63,745 nt of DNA, filler included, from Gonapodya sp. JEL0774 (GCA_027604505.1; 15 parts of 15 records of this genome joined end to end with filler, not necessarily neighbours in it), one strand, 5' to 3'. Positions 1 to 12,829 are shown, counted from the whole stretch's first letter. Made by a program: numbers and translations. The notes: generated from the sequence alone by a model not told the origin.

Positions 1-2742
1 AAGAGATCAGTAATTTTCCTCTTGTGGTGGATGAAAATGGTTCCAGTCAGAGGGTTCTGGTGTGTTTGAACTCCAAGAAAAACTTCTAGCTTTCCAGATT
101 TCACTTTCAAGTGCTGTGCCAACTCCTTTGAAAATTCATGAAGAGGGGCATCTGACACAGCTGCTGCCAACTGTGACAGGCATTACACACCGTAATGAAA
201 CGGGTGATCACCCACCAATTGCTGTACCACTGCAGAGGACTGCTTTCTGAGAGTGGCCTCAAATGTCAGCTGCCATCAAAGAGATGTTGGACCAAAATGT
301 GATCTGTCCCTCAAGCAGTCCTTGGGCTGCCCCTGTAGTTCTTGTGCCAAAGAAAGATGGCAAGCTCTGTTTTTGCGCTGACTATCAAAAGCTCAACAAG
401 ATAACAAAGAAGGACCAATATCCTCTCTCACCCATTGATGACGCCCTCAGTTCTCTGCCAAATTCATTGTATATTTCATTGTTCAATGTCATTTGGGGCT
501 ACTGGAACATCAAGATCCATGAGGACCACATCCCAAAGACAGCCTTCCTTGCCCCTGAAGGGTTGTGGGAGTTTATTCGAATGCCTTTCAGGTTGACAGA
601 TGCCCCTGCCACATTCCAGCACGCATTAAGTGGATCTCAAGCCTTGTCTACATGGATGACATCCTTGGCTTCTTGCCGTCCATCAACAAGCATACGCAAG
701 AGATCACTGAAATGATGACACGCATCCTTGAAGCCAGTCTCCGCCTTTGTGCAAAGAAGTGCAGCCTGTGCCAGTGCAAGACTGCCCACTTTGCCCACAT
801 TTGTGACTGACACCAGTGAGCTAAAGGTAGACCCTGCAAAGGCACGTGCAATTCATGAGTTTCCTCAACCCACTAATGTGGTCAGGTTATACTCATTCCT
901 TGGCCTAACTATCGACACTTTGTGCAAGAGTTTGCCCAGATCTCTTGGCCCCTCTGGCAACTCACACGCCGGCACATTGTGTGGCATTGGGATGCCAAGC
1001 ATGACACAGCTTGTGCTGCCTTAAAAGCGGCATTGACTTCAAGTACCACACAAGGAGATGTCTGGACTTTACCAAACTGACGCCTCTAGCATTGCCATAT
1101 ATGGCGTCCTCGCACAGCTGGATATGACAAGAAGGAGTACGTGGTTGCCTATGCAAGCCACTGCCTCACAGACCAGGAGCAGGAAGCGCTTGGAGTCATA
1201 TGGTCCTGCAAGACCTTTCACTCTTACCTTTACAGAGCCCCCTTTGAGGTCATTGCAGCAGCGCAAAGACTCCTCAAAACCAGGCTATCTAACTAGGTGG
1301 GCGCTCTGTTTGGCAGAATTTGATTTTTATCTCACATATTGCCCCCGTGAGAAGAATCAGAACACCAATGCCCTGCCTCACCATGAGCAACTGTCACCAG
1401 CAGAGACTGATCTACATCTGCCAACCCTGCTGGCTCCATCTTTGGCTCTGATAACACCTGAGCTTGTTCACAATGAGGAGACAGACATCCAGTTAGTCCT
1501 CTTCCAGCTCCCACTCCTGGCCTGTTCTCTCTCTTCACTGTGAGTTTGGATACTCGAGACTTCCAACTCCAGTTTGCTGCTGATCAGCGTGCTGACCCTG
1601 CTTATGGACCCATTATGGAGTATCTGTCAGCAGGCGCACCCCCTTCCGGCACCTCTGATAGGCTTCTCGCACAGGCAGCAGTGCACGAGATAAAGCCAAC
1701 TGGGTTGCTGGCTCCACACAGCAAAATCTTCCAGGGAAACCAATGGGTGAAAGTGGATGTAATTTGCATTCCTCACAATCATAAAGAGGAGATCCTCTCG
1801 CAGGCCATGTGGGAAGCTCTCTCTGAGAGATTCTTTTGGTCAGGCATGTCCTGTGATGTGCGACATTGCATGGCTGCCTGTGTTACTTGCCAAAGCAGCA
1901 AGCCTTCCAAGCCACATCAGCAAGGCCACGCCCTTGCATTTGCCACTGAGGAATGCTTGCCTGGCAAAATCGTCTCAACAGACATAATTGGGCCATTTCC
2001 TAGCACCGCTCGCAAGAATGCATATGCCCTGACTATGTTAGATCATAGTAACTGTTGGTTAGAAGGTGTGCCAATCTCTGATCAAACAGCCCTTGCTAGT
2101 ACCTGACGCTATCTTCAGACACTGGATCTGCTGCCAAGGTGTTTTTCTCCGCTTGCACACCGATCCTTTACGAGTCGGGTAGTGGCTGCCCTTGCCAAGC
2201 TGTGTGCCTTTGAGCGTACCATCCAGAGGGCAATTCCCTCAACAAGCACCCCCACCATTTTCTGAATGACGCACTCACTGCCTACATCAATGTGGACCAT
2301 TCAAATCGGGATCTCATTCTAGAGCCCATTTTGTTTGCGTATTGCAGAACTGTCCACAGAAACCTTGGGGACACACCATTCCTCCTACAGCATCTCCGTG
2401 ATGCCTGTCTCCCTGCGGACCTATTGCTCCAGGAACAACAGAGCCGCTCCGTTCGTGACTTTCTGATCTAAGCAGCGCAACATTGCAGCTTCCTCATGCT
2501 TACGACGTCCTTTGCACCTATCTCCATAGCCAGCCAGCGGGAATTCCCAGCGCCATGACATTGCAACCATGACCACCCCATTTGACGTGAACCAGCAGGT
2601 GATGGTGTACTACAAAGGGTCGCATCGCACAAGGGGGAGCACTGAGCTCATCTCTAAGTGGATTGGGCCCTATCGCGTCACAGAGAAGGAAAGTGAGAAC
2701 ATCTTCTGGCTCAGGCACATCAGCACTGAGCACATGAGTTGA

Positions 2743-3153
2743 ATGCGCCACTACCAGCCATGGATCACGCAATATGTACCTGATCCTCAAAGGATGGCTG
2801 TGTTGCCTCCTCACACTATGGCTGAGGTGGCCCAACCTGTTTCAGCAGAGATCACCGAAAGCAATCTCACCAAAGAAGAGCTGGGACCAGACTTCCAGCC
2901 AACCTACGTTGCCGAGGCTATCCTTGACAAGAAGGTAGAACTATACACTCAGGGCGCACTTATCAAGTATCTCATCAAGTTTTGTGGGTACACGACACCT
3001 GAGTGGCAGCCTGAAAGCCTCATCTCCGCAGATGAGCTAATCAAGGCATACAAATGTAAGCACCCAGCACCTAACAGCAAGATCCTCACTCGCCGTGGCC
3101 GGAAGAAGGCATTTGAGAAGCCGCAAACTTTTGCAAGCGCAAGGCCTGCTTGA
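2743..3153 (+). pseudogene. Integrase C-terminus with chromodomain
   Basis: YVAEAILDKK...KYLIKFCGYTTPEWQPESL matches the chromodomain pattern Y.VE.IL....YL.KW.GY...TWEP. Confidence 0.8.
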
Positions 3154-3230
3154 GTGACACTACCATTGCAATGGCCACATTGGCACTTTTGCATATGTTG
3201 TTCCGCTTTGCTTGAGTGGGACTCCCTCTT

Positions 3231-3530
3231 GAAGAAGAGGGAGGAGTGTTGTATGACGAACAATTCATACATAGTGTAGACATATATTTGTATTACAGTC
3301 ATGTGGTCGGCACATAGGCCCGCCAGTGACATTACATCTTGGACTTCGACCAGGAGGTCTTCAGATTTGTTGCGGGAGCCTGGAACTCTTGTGCCTGGTA
3401 GGGCTTCGCATGAGTCAAACTCCCATGGAAATATGGGTTCCTGAGTCATGTGCTTCTCATGGTGCAGATGTCTGCCACTTACACATGCAATTTTGCATAG
3501 AATGCTCTGCGAGTTTGGTTGTACACAACA
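3231..3530 (+). repeat. Polypurine tract (3231-3246) and 3' LTR (3247-3530, about 284 bp)
   Basis: GAAGAAGAGGGAGGAG is followed directly by TGTTGT. The matching inverted terminus ACAACA is at 3525-3530. Confidence 0.75.
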
Positions 3531-3827
3531 GCTCACTGCTCACGTTCAGCAACAAGCAGCTTGTGCTTTTCCTTCTGCTGCATTCCTGTCTTGAACTTGG
3601 TCCGTCTCAACAATTGCACCCACACGCTCTATGTGCTGTGGGAGTCAAAAGTTCCAAACGGCTTCATGTCTGGAAGCCTGAGTCAAGTCAAAGTCAAGGC
3701 TAGATCTGTGAGCATGAGGAGTGAGCTGGAGGATGCTTGCTCAAAAGTACGGGGTTTGGGTGCAACTGGGGAGGTGGCGTCCACATGGTGGTTCAGGATC
3801 TAAAGCAGAAGCCTTGAAGATATAAAT

Positions 3828-3886
3828 CTCTGACACTGGCTCTGACACTGGCTCTGACACTGGCTCTGACACTGGCTCTGACACTG
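3828..3886. repeat. 12-bp minisatellite (CTCTGACACTGG), about 5 copies
   Basis: Perfect tandem copies visible in the sequence. Confidence 0.95.
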
Positions 3887-4180
3887 CCAAGGGATAAACG
3901 GAATAGTGTTCAGGACTGTCTCTATTGTTTCAGGGGACGAGAAACAGCTTTCCTTACCATCCCAATTCATTTCCGAGGAGTGAATCCAGCAGCGGAAAAA
4001 AGTTGGCTCTTTTGTGACTGGCCGCGTCTGGCTGGTTGACCCAAGATGGGTTGGCTAAAGAAGGAAGGCGCAACAGTGGCCCAAGTCCAGAGGAATATGC
4101 GCGTTGAGACGAGGCCGCACAAATCGGGAGAACGGTCCAGGAATCAGATGCAAGGATGTTGAGAGCGAGGCGAGTGAATT

Positions 4181-4280
4181 NNNNNNNNNNNNNNNNNNNN
4201 NNNNNNNNNNNNNNNNNNNNNNNNTTAATTAATTAANNNNNNNNNNNNNNNNNNNNNNNNNNNNNNNNNNNNNNNNNNNN
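4181..4280. other. Artificial contig-joining spacer (first of 14)
   Basis: N44-TTAATTAATTAA-N44 puts stops in all six frames. Identical spacers start at 4181, 8458, 12730, 17001, 21269, 25536, 29800, 34057, 38308, 42553, 46798, 51043, 55285 and 59520. Contig lengths never increase along the window. Confidence 0.99.
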
Positions 4281-4762
4281 AGACCAAGGACGAATCAGCA
4301 ACAAGTTCGTCAAACGCAAAATTTCATCCCCGAGAATGAAGAACCATTATCGTAAAAAGGCAATCCGACACAAACATCCCAATCTTTTCAGAGCCTCACA
4401 CTTGCGACGTGACAAAGGTCCGGGAACGGAAGATTGCGCATGATTGCCAAAACCAATTCATCGGGAAGCTGAGGATACGAGGGCTCGGAAGAATTGAGGG
4501 AATGGAATGCAGGTCCTTTTTCGCCACCACGATCTTCCGAGTACGTGGACGAAGCGTTCATATCAGTGAGAAAACGGACGCGGCTCGGGTAGTTGTCCCC
4601 AAGTGCTCTTCTGGCCGATCAACACCACGCACTTTTTAGCGAATCTCCTCGTGCGTTTGTCTAACTTACTACATCGATAATCAAATACTGCATTCAATTA
4701 TAGTTTACGAGTGTGACAGTGTGGTATGATCATGGGGTGATGAATCCGCTCCCCCGATGCCC

Positions 4763-6297
4763 CTAGGCTTCTTGGGTTTGCCGAGCAATCAGACGAACTA
4801 AGCCTTCGAGACGCTTTACGACCATTACTGCCCACAATACTCCTCTTAACTCAGTCTTGATGGAATCTCGCTCAACGCTAGTGCTACTCGCGACCTGACT
4901 GAGAGGTGATGTGGGCAGTGAATGTACCGATGAGCGAGGCGGTGGTGAATGTAAAGCCGGCGGAAAAGATATGCGTCCAGAGACAGGGCTCAAAACAATG
5001 GTCGACTGAATACGCTGGTATGGTCGTGATTCACTGTCTTCGCTGACTGAATGGAGCATCGCGAGGGACAGCTTGCGCGAGCACGGGTCCACCAAGAAGA
5101 AAGCGAGAGAGTTGAGGAGGCCACTGAGACTAACAGTAAGTTCTAGAAGACGAGATCAGCTATGCAATTTGATGATACAAACAGAAACAAGTGGGACGCA
5201 CCTCCGACAACTTTGGCCTGGTAAAATGGTTGTTGAGAGACGACGAACCCTAGGACTCCGGTGATGAGTAGAATTATGGGATACTACAAAAAGTTACGCC
5301 ACCGCGACATTTGCTCTTTTAGATTGTACAAGCATTGCTCGTCTCGCTCGTTCGCAACGTTTAGGTACTCACAATGATGAGTCGTCGTGAGAGCAAGCTT
5401 GAGTCGTCCTTCGCGTGGTCGCTCACAGCAACGAGACCCAATGATGGCACACGGAAGTTGTCAGGTAGTTCTGCATCTTTGTTCCTTGCCGAATGCCAAA
5501 TGATCGCGATTGACACAATCAGCAGAGTAGTGACGCAGATTCCCATGAAGGACGAGGCGGTAATGAAATACGATCCCGTTGCTTTTATCAAGAAGCACGA
5601 AGACGTGAGGGTTCCGTCCTCAACACCGGTACTTAGAGTCGTGTCGTGTTCAAGAGGAGGAATACGAACCGGATGAGCATGAGATCATTGTTCAGAGGAC
5701 GCTCGTAACAAAATCCATACCCAAACCGAGTCAGAAGCCCTCCAGCAACAAAGAAACATATCGGTAAGCCAATCCAAGCCGTCATCCACGGACCTCGAGG
5801 TGCTCTCTGGTTCAAAATCAGGGAGCGGAAGAGCAGCATACAAATCAAGACAGATGAGCAGTATTCGCCAGCGAATCCACCGATTTCAGCAAAGAAGCTA
5901 ATTCTTTTTTGTTTTAATGATATGTGAGATGTGGTTGGTTGCCCTCGTCAACGAGAAGAGCACCCTGGATGCAACTCACTTGCAGTCAACGCTCCCAGCA
6001 ATTGATAACATCTCCCACAGAAAACTCAGCACCGCAACAATGTTGTATGTAAAGAGACTGACAATAAGGGCATGAATGGGATGGTAAAGGTACGCCAGAC
6101 GAAGTCTTCGGTTTTAGACGGAGTCCGGAAGGAGCAATCACATCACCTTTTCCCACAATAATGTAGTATCCTCTCGGCACTTCTTACCCGGCAGCAACAC
6201 TGTAGAAAAATAGAACTGCGATGTCGCCTGCTACACTAAGAACTGCGGGGGCGATGTAAAATATGGCTCTTTGATGCCGACCATTGACGGACGTCAT
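4763..6297 (-). CDS. Multi-exon 7TM GPCR-like protein (cAMP-receptor-like/Git3-like)
   Basis: Exons joined at GT-AG sites give seven hydrophobic segments: IFYIAPAVLSVAGDIAVLFFY, LFTYNIVAVLSFLW, C.FFAEIGG...VLICMLLF, WIGLPICFFVAGGLL, YFITASSFMGICVTTLLIVSIAIIW, RRLII|YPIILLITG and SGLLNSLAFFLVDP. TM6 YP and TM7 G.LNS are typical of CAR-like receptors. One junction phase is unresolved. Confidence 0.7.
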
Positions 6298-6449
6298 GGG
6301 CGATTGCGAGAAAAACCTCGATGGGCGTCGAGGGCGATCGCAGTATACGCGTGCAGTCGCTGCGGTGGGTATGGCTGGAGATCGTCTTTTCGAACCTGGG
6401 GACAACGGTGGTGTCCTAATTCGGTCAAACCTTCATGCCCCGGAATCCG

Positions 6450-8404
6450 ATTCGGGAACAATACGATATAGTGATTGTTAAGATCCCGAAGTTCCCGGAG
6501 AAACAGATAAGCCAAAAGTCGAAGTTCGGAAACATTCTTTGTTTGCTGATCTGACAACTTAAAGAGTTTCTTGGACATCAACAAAGCAAAACAAGTATAC
6601 GCAGTCTCAAGAAGACTCTCTAAGACGCTTTTTGTAGTCGAACCGAGAACAAACACAATCCTCATGCAATATCCTCATAACAGTGTGCATCGTGAGGAGT
6701 ACTCAAAACCCCATTGCTCGTTTCACTCGACCATACATCTTGCAGCATGACACTCATATTCGATGACTTCGAAATTTTGCAGGAAAGATTGTAGTCGGTC
6801 CAAGAGTGTGGAGAAGGTGAGAACTGAACGTCAATTTGGTGCACGGATCACGACATCAGCTCCTTTTCCCCTCAACAGAAACCGCCTGTTCTTGGTCCAA
6901 TATTCCAAGATGCAGACGATGCAATCACTGGGTTTCCAGAACATCAAGAGCGCCAATGAAGCCAGAATCGCGGTGAGGATGCTTGCCCCAAGGAATGCGC
7001 CGCCTCTTCGAGACAGCTCAGTGGTGGAAATGAAGACCCACAACCGCTCCGTCGAGCTGGCTGGTGCTTTCTGACGGGGATGCCGTGACAGAAGTGCTTT
7101 CCAGAACTTCAAGCATTTCTGAAGTTCCACACGTGGGATGTGGATGATTGGGGTACTTTTGCCGTTGTGCTCAACGAAAATCCACCATCTCCTTGGTTCA
7201 CAATGCGATAGGACCAAGAACGCCTTGAGAGGCGAAAGAAAAATGCCATCGTGCTCATCTTGCATCATCTTCAAACTCATGGGTAAGCGAGCCCAGGCCT
7301 TTGCACATTCCATCCGCCTGATGGTTTCTTCATCCCGCTGTATTCCCTTCGCAAAACGCTTGAGAAGATATGGAGAGTCTGTTGCTCGTCTGCAGGCTGA
7401 GTCGGGCGTCTCCTTGGGAAGCATTACGGTAGCCGATAACTTGGACTTGTTGACTGTTCTTCAGGTGAGAAAAGCCAGTCGAACCTCAAATCAGACAAAA
7501 AAACCTCTTGCGAATATGCTGGAAGGAATTCGAGGCATACTACAATATCAAATTTGGGAAGGCACCACGACTAACACGGCGCGTTGACCGAGGTGGGCGA
7601 CGCCATGCGCCATCAGTATGTTGAGCCAACATATTTGATCGTTTTCAATCTCTGCTCGTGAAGGCCAAGATTCAGAGTCCTCCCGGCGGCCCCGTGCACC
7701 TGCCGGCAAACTCTCGGCGCCAACGAACCCGACACCCTTAACCTCGATATCCTCCGCCTACCTCGCTGCAGCTGAGGACGGAGCTCCCGTGCTCAAACCT
7801 TTAGCTTTCCCGAAGCTTGGTGGTCAACATCCTGGGATCGCCATTGGACCGTCAGCTGCATCGGCACCCGTTGTGTCTCCCCGCGGTAGGCGGTCTCTCA
7901 GCAACTTTGGTACCCGTGACTGATGTTTATAACCGTGAAACCGCTTGGAAACGAGAAGGAAAATCCCGTCCCGCCCTCGACCCTATACCCGCGGCACCTC
8001 ACACCTCTCCCCACCATTTCACGCCAGCGGGTCAAGAGAACCCAAGAGGGAACGACAGCTCAGCGACGCTACTGAACATGGATATTGTTGGAACAAACGT
8101 CTGTGTTGTAAAGAGTGCGCTACAACTTTTATGTCCGCTTTTCTCTCTCTCTGAGATTGAAATCCATTCTGGACTCCTCGCACAGGTCTCCAAAGTGGCC
8201 CACCGCCCGGAGCCTCCACCGCCTCATGACTGTCGGGTGAGCGTTTTACGACTGTCCCTCTTTTCTGTGGAGTATAATCTCGAATTTGTTCCTGGGGCTC
8301 AGCCCGTGACACCTCCCAATACCGGTCCCGACAAGGTGATGAAACCGATGCCCGACTTTGGCAGTTCCGAGATGAGGGAACTCGCGGCTATTATATCACG
8401 GTAA
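6450..8404. pseudogene. Broken hypothetical ORFs (6831-7424 minus, about 7720-8404 plus)
   Basis: Medium-length ORFs interrupted by frameshifts and stops. No family recognised. Confidence 0.25.
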
Positions 8405-8747
8405 TTTCCAGAATCGTGGGGTGCTCCATTCCGGATCATGGTTTCCACAACCATTTTNNNNNNNNNNNNNNNNNNNNNNNNNNNNNNNNNNNNNNNNNNN
8501 NTTAATTAATTAANNNNNNNNNNNNNNNNNNNNNNNNNNNNNNNNNNNNNNNNNNNNTAATTATCCCCTTCCACACCGACCTCTCTTTCTGAATCTATCC
8601 CCCCCTCACCAATTTCATTGTCAAGGTCATCTTCTTTGTCTCGGTCCTATATCCAACGAAAAAAATTCTCGAGCATGAATGGACCCCATGTGATACAACG
8701 TCACTGCCCTCCCTACCTCACATCGACGAGAATGCCAATCCAATCTC

Positions 8748-9720
8748 TCACAATTGATTACTCGGATACGTGTATCCATTCGAATCCCTGCAGTTCTCCT
8801 TGATCGCCCTGGGCGACACCCATCGTAGCAGATTGATGGCTGCCCCAGCCTTGTCGTTTGTTCCCGACGCGCGGGAGCCACCAAAAGGTTGCTGGCCGAC
8901 TAGAGGGAGTCCGAGTGTGAAGATCAATGAGGTGCAGGAGTGGAGAAGAACCAGGGGTGAGTAGGGATACATTACCAACAGCCTACCAGACCGTGCAGGA
9001 CAAACGGGTCAAACACGAACGGTAGAACGAACGCCGTACACTCCCTTTAGCCACCACATGACCACCACACCAAACACCTTTGCAAAACCGTGACTCACCC
9101 CGGTCGACTTGTCGTTCACGTAAAAGTTCCCAGCCACGTTCCTCAACCTTTCGGTCCCTAAAACGATGGCCTCCCTGTCGTGGGCGAAGAGGGCCGCAGT
9201 AAGCGCGAATGCGGACGTGGAGTCGGCAAGTGAGAGCTGAGGTGTGAGAGGGGAAGGGAGGAATGAGATAGCGAACGGCGGAGTGGGAAGGAGTCGGGGA
9301 GACTCGAGTTCATTCAGGTTTTAGAATGCTACCCACAGTCTCTTCGAATTTGTTCGCGGGGTAGACGAAGACCGTCAAGATGGGACCGAAAATTTCTACC
9401 AAATCAAGGACAGAATCACCGTGGAGAGTTGGTCGGACACACGACGAATCGCCACTCACCCTCGGTCCTAGATTTGTAATGTGGGTGGGTGGTTACGATG
9501 ATGGTCGGGTGCACAAAGTATCCGTGAGAATCATCACCTGGTCAGACGATTCGTGGTACATTATTAGCTATGGAATTCAGGCAATACAACTTCGAACCAC
9601 TCCAGCCTGTAGCTTCGCCAACCCCCTCTGCCGTTCACTCACCTACACCGCCGACCAATACCTCCGCGTCCGGCGCGGCTTTGGCGTGCTGAATGTACGA
9701 TTTGCACTTCTCGGATTTCG
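8748..9720 (-). CDS. PUT2: Delta-1-pyrroline-5-carboxylate dehydrogenase, C-terminal third only (6 exons including a 7-nt microexon)
   Basis: Spliced translation: EKCKSYIQHAK..EVLVGG|GDDSHGYFVHPTII...EEIFGPILTVFVY|...FALTAALFAHDREAI...AGNFYVNDKSTG|AV|VGQQPFGGSRASGTNDKAG...LLRWVSPRAIKE. Confidence 0.92.
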
Positions 9721-9928
9721 CTGTTTGTGATATTCAACGGATCGACCGAAGCGAATGTGCTCGCGACAGCGAGACGACTCAAATACTCCATATGATGCAA
9801 ATTTTAATGTTGAGAATGGTCTTCACCAATGCCGAAGCCAACATCACCGAATGTGAGACATACAATATTTTTGTCTCACCCCCGCCGGCTTGTAAGCGAG
9901 CCCCCTTCCCAAACACATACATATCCCA

Positions 9929-12729
9929 ATGTCCGCTTCGCGACGCGCGGCTCCGTCATCGGCTGGAGCACAGCAACTTGCGCGTCCAATCAATGATGTG
10001 GGCCTCCACATTCGAGGTTAATGTATTTCCTCCACCCATATTGACACGTGTTGAAATGAATTCACTTGAATTGGGTCCTCCGGCAATCACACCGACTTCC
10101 TCCTCTCCGGCGACCTTTGCTTGTTTTACCGTTATACCCTCTATTGCCACTCAAAAAGTCTGAATGGCAGGCTTATATTCTAACTCTGTGCCCAGATACG
10201 CCACTCGGACTTTCGCAATGGGACGGCCAGACCCTGCCAGTATGCACGGCAGCAATGATCGATGCTATAAACGCAGGGTACAGACAACGGTTCTCGGTCA
10301 TCACAGAGGCGGATATTGTAGATTGGGTTGGTGATGTGTTTGCGTCGTGCCACCAATCACCTGCTCCCACATCTTCCTGACGTGAACTTCTGACCCTATT
10401 CGTACCCTTTGATCTGTCTTTTGAATGCCAGGGTAATGAAAATGCCAAGCTGTATGACTACTGTAAAGATGCCAAAGGTCTCCTGGATGCGAAGGAGCCG
10501 CTTTCAGACCTGCTGAAAGCTAAGCTCTTGAAAGGAAAGCTTCTTCAACTCAAACAAGAGGGAATAGACGCGAAGACTCCAAAAGGTCTTGATAAGGTTC
10601 GAAGTTTCTGACTCTACTGGCAAATTGAGAACTTGGGCGTTCAAGACCCAACCAACTATTCATCCGTGAAGGACGCAATTGAAACACTGACCACCGAGCA
10701 AGTGAAGGACGTGAAAGCTGCCGGTGCTGCTGCCTCGCTGCCTGAGAAAGATAAGTCCAAACCATCCGCTGGGAGGGACGGTCCGAAAGAGAAAGACTCC
10801 AAGTCTACCTCCGCTGGCGCGAAGGCGCCTGGCAAAGCAGGATCTGCATCCAAATCCGAGCCACTGCCAGTCGATCCAACTCCTCCTGCGGAGGTTTCCA
10901 AGCGCAAAAACAAGCTCCGAGACAGAGGCTCCTCAGGTCGAGGAACTGACCCAAAACTATTGGCTATTGGAGACGAGCCGCAGGACGGACCTGACGCATA
11001 TTATGTTATTCTTGTGAAGGGCGTTGGCGTGCTGAGCACGCTACTTGAGGAATTGGAGACTCAGGTGGATGTGGTGGTTCGTGTTGAGGAAGCGAATGAA
11101 GCATGGCCACCACCGGCCTCAAGCAAGGACCCCAAAGAATCTAAGGGAGCTGTGACTTCCGGTATTGGTGGTCCTGGGCCTTCCACTGGTCTAGCGGACG
11201 CGCAGGTCTCTGTTCGTACGACTCCTCACCCCACCCTTTCACACATCCGATCAACCGCCACTCATGCACCGACCACCTCTTTATGGCCGCACGTGGCGTT
11301 AGTGGACCTCCCTTTGCCTCCCTCTGGTACTCCACCCGCAACAGCCCCTGTCGCAACCTTGCGGGACGCTGGCCGAGAGATGTTCGACCGACTTGCCCAG
11401 CTTGTGTATTCGTTACTCGGAAGAAGGAGGATGTACGATGCGCTGTACGCCAAGGACAAGGCTGTTTGCATACCGACCTTTGACGCCAACTCCCCGAATC
11501 TCCTCCGGTCCAAGCGCCGCGTCCAACAGGCTCTGTCTGGAATGCCGGCTGGGTGCGAGGGCTTGGAGGAAATAATTCTTGGTATTCTTTTAGAGGAAGT
11601 TTGCAGAGCGGTCAACGAAGGGGAAGCTGAAGAGACGTCGTCAGGAGGTTTCGCGGGAGGAGCGGATTGGGTAGCAGAGATTCAGAGAGCGAGGGATTAC
11701 TTCGACAAAAAGGCAGGCGGGCTGGTGGGATTTGCGAAACCAAACAGTAGGGATCGTGGTGCATTCACGTGAGCGATGACGGATGCTGTGGTTGTTTCCT
11801 AAGTGCGAGAACGTTGAAATAACTTCGTTCACTGGATTCCAAACATCTAGTGGCGCAGCTTCGCATGGCGACTCCCTCTCAGTAGTCTCTCGTATTATGC
11901 CTCCGCAACCTTCCATCCCTATCTTCTCCCCATCCCGCGTCCTCACTCGATTCCAAATCGCTGCTGCCCGTGCTGGACCCTTACTTCTCTCCCTTCAGCC
12001 CCTCGCAGATCGAGCTGCGGCTTTAGAGCGGACCAGAGTGAATGAGCGACGTGGAAACTGGGAGACGGTCGAGAGAGAGCTTGTCCAATTTGAGATTGGG
12101 GAGGTTTGTGGTATTGGAGTGGGCGAGTATGTGTGGGAGGAGAGAATGGATTCCCATACGCTGGCCCAAGTGAGCACGTCATCCCTCGGATATCACCAAG
12201 AAACATCAAATGGTCACTTCTCTCATTTCGCAGGTTCTCCGTTGTGCGCATATCCGACTTCCGCACGCCCGTCTCTTCCCTCATCCCCGATCGGAAGCCC
12301 TTATACTCTGTCTCTCCGGCTCCTCTGTGCCCGGACAAACTTTCTGCTCGGAATTTCGAACAATTAACGTAGTCACCAAGGTTGGATTCGGTCGGTACCT
12401 GGAGCTAACCTCAAGCGGTATCGATGGTCCTTCTTCATCTTCTCGAGGTGGAGTGTCATGGATGATGCCAGGTGGAAAACACTTAATGGGGGGAAGGCCG
12501 GTCTACGCAGCAGGAGGCATGGTAGTGGACGAGAAGGAGGTTGTAAAGAAAGCGTTTCCGGGAGCTGGGCATCAAGTGGTTGTGAAGGATAGTACAAACG
12601 GAATAAGTGAGTTGCAAACTTTGAAAATCTTCACGTTCCGTATGTTCATTCCCTGCACCGCAGGTGAATGTACTATGTATCTACCGACTGTCACTGTTTC
12701 CTGGCAGTGCCTTCCAACCACGCCCACGC
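9929..12729 (+). CDS. SPAG17: SPAG17/PF6-like axonemal central-pair protein, 5' part (multi-exon)
   Basis: EWQAYI...QRFSVITEADIV, LYDYCKDAKGLLD..E.LS..LKAKLLK.KLL.LK, a Lys-rich linker and KRKNKLRDRG...IGDEPQDGPDAYYVIL all parallel the SPAG17 N-terminus (DDEPDDG..HYIIVVG). Runs off the contig end. Confidence 0.75.
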
Positions 12730-12829
12730 NNNNNNNNNNNNNNNNNNNNNNNNNNNNNNNNNNNNNNNNNNNNTTAATTAATTAANNNNNNNNNNNNNNN
12801 NNNNNNNNNNNNNNNNNNNNNNNNNNNNN

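Larger units (their letters stand above)
1..3530 (+). mobile_element. Degenerate Ty3/Gypsy chromovirus-type LTR retrotransposon, 3' part (RT-RNase H-integrase-chromodomain-PPT-LTR)
   Basis: RT motifs PSSSPWAAPVVLVPKKDG, DYQKLN, KTAF, MPFRL.DAPATFQ and YMDD (263-810). RNase H motif QTDAS. Integrase zinc-finger remnant FFWSGM...CVTCQ and core DIIGPFP. C-terminal chromodomain. Gypsy domain order with many stops and frameshifts. Confidence 0.95.

Noticed and set aside
3828..3886. 12-bp repeat as part of the LTR or a telomere
   Set aside because: It lies about 300 bp outside the inferred LTR end, is short and internal, and is not telomere-like.
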